A DNA stretch of 12,813 bases from Acidobacteriota bacterium. GTDB taxonomy: Bacteria; Acidobacteriota; UBA6911; JACQSX01. Positions 7,304 through 12,813 of this stretch are shown piece after piece; positions within the stretch are counted from its first letter, which is position 1; each line of letters begins with the position of its first letter. Below the pieces are notes generated by a model. It ran no database searches, was not told the DNA's origin, and worked only from the letters and a program-made list of their open reading frames with translations. The DNA lies in assembly GCA_036507075.1 (NCBI GenBank), contig DASXQR010000033.1:1-12813 (forward strand), read 5' to 3'. The position numbers were made by a program, and so were the translations under genes.

Positions 7304-8240
7304 TGCTTTTGCTCAGATCCACCACGACATAGGTCGGCATCTCAGGTATCGTGAACTCGGTGATGCCCGCCCTGGCAGTGAAATCTTCCAAATCAATGCG
7401 GCCCTTTCCCACCGCCTGGGCGTAGTTCGCGATGCAGGAGCCTCGCAGCCGAACACGCAGCCCTCCGATAACATTCGCGCCGTAATTAATGAGGTGCAGC
7501 CGGATCCGGGATGCGTCGCCTGTAACCCGGCCGATTACGACTTCGCTTCCGTAAATGCGCAACAGCCGGTTCTCATCGCTGAGTTTGCGGCGAACCTTCA
7601 GCGCAAGGTTACTCGGGTTTTCGGCTTCCGACGCCGGATATTCGGCGCTGCCGATCTGCACGTTGATCGCAAATCTGGGATCGGGCTTCTGCACCAGGCG
7701 GAACATCAAGTTTCTCCTCACCAGGAGATTTAGAACTTCTTCCAGCAGAGGAGAATCGCTTTCCACCACCGCCAGATCCGCCAGCGGCTCCATCCGGTCC
7801 GGCTCGATCTGCTTCAGAAAGGCGAGCATTGCGGAAGCGTCTGGCACGTCGTCGGGATCAATCTTGAGAATCGCGTCGGCGCCGTAGACAAAGGCTTCGG
7901 CCGCGGCCAGCGTCGCCTTGCCCCTGGGGAGATCGTAATAATACTTTCCAGCCGAGGCTTCCCGTAAGAAAAGCCAGCCGCTGGCATTCACCCAGGGCCG
8001 GCGCGTAGGGGAAGCAGTCCTTATATTAGGAGCCACTCCCGGAACCTTCAGGCGGGTGCGTGCCCTCAGATCCGAAATACTCAGCGGCGCCGGCTGAAGG
8101 CCTGCAATCTTCCACTGCTCTACTTCCTCAGGAGGCACGTAAAACTGCTCAATTCCAGCCTGCCGGAGCACGGCAGCCTTTTCCGAGGCTTGGGAAACGT
8201 ACAGCATCGGCATGGAGAGCAAAACCAGAAGAGCCGTCAT
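7275..8240 (-). CDS. Hypothetical protein (321 aa), probable signal peptide
   Basis: ATG at 8240 overlaps the upstream gene's TGA (ATGA overlap, suggesting translational coupling). Hydrophobic N-terminus MTALLVLLSMPMLYV. Beta-rich C-terminus (RLHLINYG...LRVRL...FTIPEMPTYVVVDL) is reminiscent of glycoside-hydrolase accessory domains, unconfirmed. Confidence 0.8.
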   Translation of the reverse strand: MTALLVLLSMPMLYVSQASEKAAVLRQAGIEQFYVPPEEVEQWKIAGLQPAPLSISDLRARTRLKVPGVAPNIRTASPTRRPWVNASGWLFLREASAGKYYYDLPRGKATLAAAEAFVYGADAILKIDPDDVPDASAMLAFLKQIEPDRMEPLADLAVVESDSPLLEEVLNLLVRRNLMFRLVQKPDPRFAINVQIGSAEYPASEAENPSNLALKVRRKLSDENRLLRIYGSEVVIGRVTGDASRIRLHLINYGANVIGGLRVRLRGSCIANYAQAVGKGRIDLEDFTARAGITEFTIPEMPTYVVVDLSKSIEPQRHKGH

Positions 8241-9367
8241 ACCGTGATCTCCTTGACGCGGATTTTCCTCAGATCGCAGACACCCAGACCCAGCCGGGAG
8301 GCATATTCAATATGTCCCGGTTCGCGGATGATGATGTTGACGTTTGGATCCTGATCTCGCAACGCCAACTGGTCCAACTGAAGATACTGCGGCGACCGAT
8401 CCCATACTGAGATCGCGCCTTCGGCTTTGCGCTTGTGCTCGATTACGTCGAGCAGCAGGCGGTCAATGGCGACCGGATCCGTGCCCAACAGGATTCGCTT
8501 GGGATAAAACAGAAAGCGCGGATTGTGCAAAAAAGGTCCGCCGTGCCACACTCCGCGCAGACCATCCATGATCTGGAGAACGGTGCGGGACCGCAGCGGT
8601 TCGACCGCGGCCAGCGTTCCAATGAAGGAATGAGTGAACGAATATCCCCCCTGATGCGACCTTGCCACATTGGAAAAGCTTCCGTAGGCGATATTCTTGA
8701 GGCAGCCAGTCACGCCCGAGGCGCCATGGTCCTTCATGTTGGGGATGTTGACGATCTTGGTGATACGTTCCGAGACCGTCCGGATAAGGTTCGAACGCGT
8801 ATCCTCTTCTCCGAAAAAGTCCACTTCGACATAGGTCGCCGGATCATACTGCCGCACTCCTCCGCGTCGAGCTTCCGCTGCCAGGATTTGCACTCCCGGC
8901 GGAAGGTGCGGAGCATAATTGACGTCGTCAAGTTGATCCTTGTATCTCTCGTAGAGATAAATCTGCGCCGGCTGCACTCCCACCGCCATCAGGTTGCTGA
9001 TGATCTCGGCTACGATCTCCGGAGCAGAAACAACCCTGGGATGGCCGGAGCAATTGACCTTTATTCCTACGACGTCCGAAGGCTGAAAGAAGCGCCGCCA
9101 GGCCTGAACCGGCCTGGACTCGCCGGTCAGGGCGCAGATGCCTCGGGCGATCATCTGGCGTACAACTTCCGCATCCACCCTGTCGGTGGTTTCGTCGATA
9201 CAGTTTGCCGAGCGGACGGAAATCACTCTTCCCCGATAGCGGCCGGGCATGCCGGGGTGACGAGCGGCGCGATAATTACTCACCACGTGGTACCTCGGCA
9301 CAGAGTGAGGATCAGGCAATGGAATCTGGCTTGCCGCGAGTAGTTTCAGAAAAGTTCGACGTTGCAT
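8237..9367 (-). CDS. DUF362 domain protein with twin-arginine (Tat-like) N-terminus
   Basis: DUF362-type motifs DVVGIKVN, IVNIPNMKDHGASGVTGCLKN, LQIMDGL and GTDPVAID. Start reassigned to ATG 9367 (MQRRTFLKLLAA), with GGAAGAGG upstream; the 17-aa ORF-track extension is translated repeat (FRIPHSALRI). Confidence 0.87.
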   Translation of the reverse strand: MQRRTFLKLLAASQIPLPDPHSVPRYHVVSNYRAARHPGMPGRYRGRVISVRSANCIDETTDRVDAEVVRQMIARGICALTGESRPVQAWRRFFQPSDVVGIKVNCSGHPRVVSAPEIVAEIISNLMAVGVQPAQIYLYERYKDQLDDVNYAPHLPPGVQILAAEARRGGVRQYDPATYVEVDFFGEEDTRSNLIRTVSERITKIVNIPNMKDHGASGVTGCLKNIAYGSFSNVARSHQGGYSFTHSFIGTLAAVEPLRSRTVLQIMDGLRGVWHGGPFLHNPRFLFYPKRILLGTDPVAIDRLLLDVIEHKRKAEGAISVWDRSPQYLQLDQLALRDQDPNVNIIIREPGHIEYASRLGLGVCDLRKIRVKEITV

Positions 9368-9375
9368 AAGGCCTC

Positions 9376-9489
9376 TTCCAATGCGGAGTGCGGAATGCGG
9401 AATGCGGAATATATCCAACTTAAGTTTCCTGAGTCGAGATCAAAATCAATCCCTATTCCGCATTCCGCATTCCGAAATCCGCATTGGAA
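9376..9489. repeat. Inverted pair of heptamer (AATGCGG/CCGCATT) arrays forming a 36-bp stem around a 42-bp spacer
   Basis: TTCCAATGCGGAGTGCGGAATGCGGAATGCGGAATA (9376-9411) versus the reverse complement of 9454-9489, TTCCAATGCGGATTTCGGAATGCGGAATGCGGAATA: 34/36 identical. Confidence 0.95.
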
Positions 9490-9505
9490 TCCGGGGGTCC
9501 GAATG

Positions 9506-9550
9506 CTGGGACCTTACGGCCGGGCCTATTTACTGGCGGCCCTTCGGGCC
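9506..9550. repeat. Possible degenerate two-hairpin REP-like element just after the heme-protein stop
   Basis: Imperfect stem CTGGGACC-TTAC-GGCCGGG, linker CCTATTTACTGGC, then perfect GGCCC-TTC-GGGCC (9538-9550). Single copy in the window. Confidence 0.35.
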
Positions 9551-12500
9551 TCAATTCGATTTCCGCAACTGTGCAACGGAGCGCTTTTCACTCAGGCTCT
9601 TCAAGAACGCGAGCATGTCGGCCATCTGGTCAATGCTGATGGCGTCTTCCACTTTTTCCGGCATGGCCGACACGGTGGAAGGCCGGGAATCGGCAATATT
9701 GGTTCGAAGGATTGTCTGCTCTTCGCCTCCGGCACGCCGAAGCGTGATTGATGTGCTGCTTTCCTTTACCACCACGCCGCTGATCGAAGCCCGGTCCTTG
9801 GTTTCGATCAGATACTCTTCATAGCCTGGAGCAATGCTGGCGTTGGGATCCAGTATCTGCGTCATCAGGTCCAGCTTGTTTCGATTGCTCAGACTGGCAA
9901 GGTCAGGACCGAGTTCGTAACCCATCGATCCGATCCTGTGGCACTTGCTGCAATTCTTCGCAAAGACTTCCCTGCCTCGTTCGGCATTCCCGTTTACGCG
10001 CACTGCGGGACGATACCTGTCAATTACCGCCTTCCGATCATCGGCGAGATTGGCGAAGAGCGCTTCGGCCCGTCTCTTTATCTGCGCATCGGAAATTCTC
10101 ATCAATTGTGTTCTCTTTGCCCGGCTGAGCGAGCGCGCATCGATTTTGCCCTGCTCTACCGCATCCAGCAACAACGGGAGCTGGCTGCGCCGCCTCAACA
10201 GCCCTTCCAGCGCGATCTCTCGGATGGAAGGTGAAAATCCAGGCCAGCGATCGAGCAGAACGGCCGTCGCCTTTGCGTCCTCCATGCCCGAAAGGCTGCG
10301 CGCCGCGGCCGATTGAACAGCAATCGGCTCTTTAGCATCAAGCAACCCGGCAAGAAGCGGGATGCCTGTATTTGCCGGATCCAGACTGACCATTTTGACG
10401 GCATTCACGCGGCTCTCGAGATCTGCGTTTGAACTGCGCGCCACTGAGGCCGCTTTGTGAATGGCGCTTTGCAGCGCTGGAGAGCGGGTCAGGTCAACGC
10501 GCGCCAGCACGTTGAGAGCCGCAGCGCGGACCGGCGCCGAACCGGCATCTGCCAGAACCAGCAGTTGCTGTTGAAGGGCGGGCGCCAATCCTAATTTGCT
10601 CTGGGATCCACGCGCCAGTCCTTCTGCCAATCCCTGCAACATCGGCGCTTGCCACCACGGCGCGCCGCTCACATCCTTGTGCACCAGCGCCAGCAGAGCG
10701 GCGATCTCACTTTCCGCTCTTCTGGCGCCGATAATCGAGCTGATGCGCCCGAGGAACTCTTGCTTTCGCTCCGATCCTGCCTGCGCGAACAACGGATCCG
10801 AAACCACCGCATGCAACCATTGTCCGGCGTCGCCCGCGGCCGAGGCGAGCACCGCGATCTGGAACCAGGAATTGTCCAGATGTCGAAACGCGATTTGCCG
10901 CAGCGGTTCAAAAAACTTTCCGGGAGGGAACATGCCCAAAGTGCAGGCCAACTGAAACTGGACTCGATCGTCCGGATCAGCGGACATCGCCGCCAATTTT
11001 TCCTCAATCGCGGAATGAGAGAGTTGCTCTTCGGCCAGCCGAATCGCCTGTTCCCTGACCGCGGGATGAGTATCATTCAACGCCTGAAGTATCGAGCCGG
11101 CATCCAATGCCTCCAACCCCTGCAGAGTCCAGAGGGCGTGAAAACGTGCCTCTGCGGATGTACCCGTGCGCGCCAGCGCTTTCAGTTCGGGGACAGCCGA
11201 TAAATCCCGGCGCTCCACCAGCAGGCGCTGCGCGGTGATGCGCCACCACATGTTGGGATCGGATAAATGCCGCACTAATTGGGCCGCAGGAGCCTCTCTC
11301 AACCGGGGCGCGGACGCGGACCGAGCGTTCTGATGGGAGATCCGGTAGATGCGTCCCCGGCCATGCCCCTCGCGCAGATCGAACGTCACGTCCGGCGGAG
11401 TGTATTCCGGGTGCTCTACAAACTTCCGATAGTAGTCCACAACGTACAAGGCGCCGTCGGGTCCGATGGTGGTGAAAACGGGATGAAACCAGCTGTCCTT
11501 TGACGCCAAAAAATCCCTTTCCGCGAACGCCCGGCTTGCAATGAATGTAGGTCCGCTGGGGCGGAGAATGTCGCAGTGGACCAGATTGTGCACCGGTTCG
11601 CAGACGAAGTACGCATTGCGGTAGGCATCGGGGAAGTTCCCTCCCGTGTAAACAGAATTGCCACAGGCCGAGGTAAAATGCCCGATCTCCGAATCATGGA
11701 TGTGTGTCGGTTTCTCGGTAACAGGGTACACCGTGGCCGCGTTCTCGTGATCGGAAGCCGACTGCATCGCCGACTTCACTCCCAGAAACGGGTTTCGCGA
11801 TAAATAGGAATTCTGTATCACCACATGACGGACGTGGTCGTTATTGAAAACCGTAAAGCGATTGCCGCGCGCGTCAAAGGTATTGCCAAACTGCGAATTC
11901 CCCGCAACTGGTTCCACCTTCAACTGGTCGGGCTTAAACCGAAAATCCATCCCCTTCGCCTGTATTTCCGCGCCCGGGATTTCAGGATGATCGGGAAAGC
12001 GGATGGGCGTTCCCATGTCTCCAAACTCTTTTACAAAATGCCTCGGAACCCAGGTCTTCAGATATGCGCCGTAAATCCAGTTATCGATCCCGTACTGAAG
12101 GCCGTTCATCCGGAGCTGCGGATTGGTCACGGCAAAACCGGTTAAGACCACCTTCTTAATATCCGCCCGGTTGTCGCCATTGCTGTCGGCCAGGTACACG
12201 ATGTCAGGCGTGCAGGTCACCAGAACTCCCCCTTTCCAGGGAAAAACGCCGTTCGGAAAATGGAAGCCCTCTGCAAACACGGAACGTTTTTCAAACCGAC
12301 CGTCCAGATCGGCGTCTTCCAGTAGCACAATCCTGCCCAAAGGTGCAGGATCCACCGGGTAATCGGTCATTTCGACCACAAGAATGCGACCCTGCTCGTC
12401 GAAAGCCATGGCGACCGGATCGGAAATCTCCGGCTCGGACGCCACCAGCTCGATTCTGAATCCTTCCGGGAGTTGAAATGTTTCCAGCTCCTGTTGAGCC

Positions 12501-12586
12501 GAGTAAGGAGGCTGGGAATGTCTGCAGGTCAGATTAGCGCTGCTTAATGTGAACAGGAAAAAGAAAAAAAAGTGCCTGATTCTCAT
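9551..12586 (-). CDS. PVC-type heme-binding CxxCH protein (putative membrane-bound dehydrogenase beta-propeller domain + HEAT-like repeats + cytochrome c domain)
   Basis: 1011 aa. Signal peptide; FQLPEGFRIELVASEP..DPVAMAFDEQGR N-terminal signature (TIGR02604-like); GPDGALYVVDYYR and GRGRIYRI; HEAT-like LSDPNMWWRITAQRLL and DPDDRVQFQLACTLG; heme site CSKCH (9938-9952), GPDL, ILDPNASIAPGY and SAMPE (TIGR02603-like). GGAGG lies 12 nt upstream of the ATG. Confidence 0.93.
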   Translation of the reverse strand: MRIRHFFFFFLFTLSSANLTCRHSQPPYSAQQELETFQLPEGFRIELVASEPEISDPVAMAFDEQGRILVVEMTDYPVDPAPLGRIVLLEDADLDGRFEKRSVFAEGFHFPNGVFPWKGGVLVTCTPDIVYLADSNGDNRADIKKVVLTGFAVTNPQLRMNGLQYGIDNWIYGAYLKTWVPRHFVKEFGDMGTPIRFPDHPEIPGAEIQAKGMDFRFKPDQLKVEPVAGNSQFGNTFDARGNRFTVFNNDHVRHVVIQNSYLSRNPFLGVKSAMQSASDHENAATVYPVTEKPTHIHDSEIGHFTSACGNSVYTGGNFPDAYRNAYFVCEPVHNLVHCDILRPSGPTFIASRAFAERDFLASKDSWFHPVFTTIGPDGALYVVDYYRKFVEHPEYTPPDVTFDLREGHGRGRIYRISHQNARSASAPRLREAPAAQLVRHLSDPNMWWRITAQRLLVERRDLSAVPELKALARTGTSAEARFHALWTLQGLEALDAGSILQALNDTHPAVREQAIRLAEEQLSHSAIEEKLAAMSADPDDRVQFQLACTLGMFPPGKFFEPLRQIAFRHLDNSWFQIAVLASAAGDAGQWLHAVVSDPLFAQAGSERKQEFLGRISSIIGARRAESEIAALLALVHKDVSGAPWWQAPMLQGLAEGLARGSQSKLGLAPALQQQLLVLADAGSAPVRAAALNVLARVDLTRSPALQSAIHKAASVARSSNADLESRVNAVKMVSLDPANTGIPLLAGLLDAKEPIAVQSAAARSLSGMEDAKATAVLLDRWPGFSPSIREIALEGLLRRRSQLPLLLDAVEQGKIDARSLSRAKRTQLMRISDAQIKRRAEALFANLADDRKAVIDRYRPAVRVNGNAERGREVFAKNCSKCHRIGSMGYELGPDLASLSNRNKLDLMTQILDPNASIAPGYEEYLIETKDRASISGVVVKESSTSITLRRAGGEEQTILRTNIADSRPSTVSAMPEKVEDAISIDQMADMLAFLKSLSEKRSVAQLRKSN

Positions 12587-12634
12587 TAGTTCACAAGTCC
12601 TCCACCAGGGTTACATAAGGCGGCGGAGTCGCAA

Positions 12635-12811
12635 TCAAAAGCCGCCCACGTCTGCGATCACGTGCACGTGATCGTCACTGCTGTCCAAATTAGCCGGCAT
12701 TCTTGTACTCACGTTAATGTTTTCCTCGGTACTGGTTGGATTTTGTCCCCGTGCCGTGTCCAGGCCTATCCAAACATGGTACGGCCGACCTAAAGCCCGC
12801 CGCTTTTGGGC
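12635..12811 (-). pseudogene. Possible decayed IS200/RAYT-like HUH transposase fragment, or 3' end of an unknown gene
   Basis: Frame open from the edge: AQKRRALGRPYHVWIGLDTARGQNPTSTEENINVSTRMPANLDSSDDHVHVIADVGGF*. YHVW and DHVHVI resemble the YHIVW and DHVHL (HUH) motifs of Y1 TnpA in the right order. GC-rich hairpins flank it. Confidence 0.3.
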
Positions 12812-12813
12812 GG

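Noticed and set aside
8435..9343. 302-aa plus-strand ORF
   Set aside because: Antisense shadow of the DUF362 gene.
9368..9418. N-terminal extension of the DUF362 ORF
   Set aside because: It is translated heptamer repeat; ATG 9367 has an SD-like sequence and puts RRxFLK at the N-terminus.

Overview
Bacterial accessory region (mid-50s %GC by eye; gene families suggest Acidobacteriota or PVC-like bacteria, by inference). From left to right it holds the 3' end of an IS1595-family transposase with its probable right end, a perfect (ATTGGTC)x8 array, an exported Cys-type sulfatase with C-terminal HEAT-like repeats (+), a 1223-aa uncharacterised membrane protein (-), an ApbE flavin transferase (+), and three minus-strand genes: a 321-aa hypothetical protein, a DUF362 protein with a twin-arginine motif and a PVC-type CxxCH heme protein (probably one operon transcribed from the right). 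A possible decayed HUH/IS200-like remnant sits at the right edge. Two things stand out. (1) The 1223-aa protein has a large N-terminal domain with Venus-flytrap/type-I periplasmic-binding-protein motifs, then about 7 TM helices, a helical linker and about 3 more TM helices, which is a receptor-like architecture. (2) Nearly every intergenic space holds a small palindromic or tandem repeat element built from 7- or 8-nt units; there are several families, and one element sits in frame inside the sulfatase gene.
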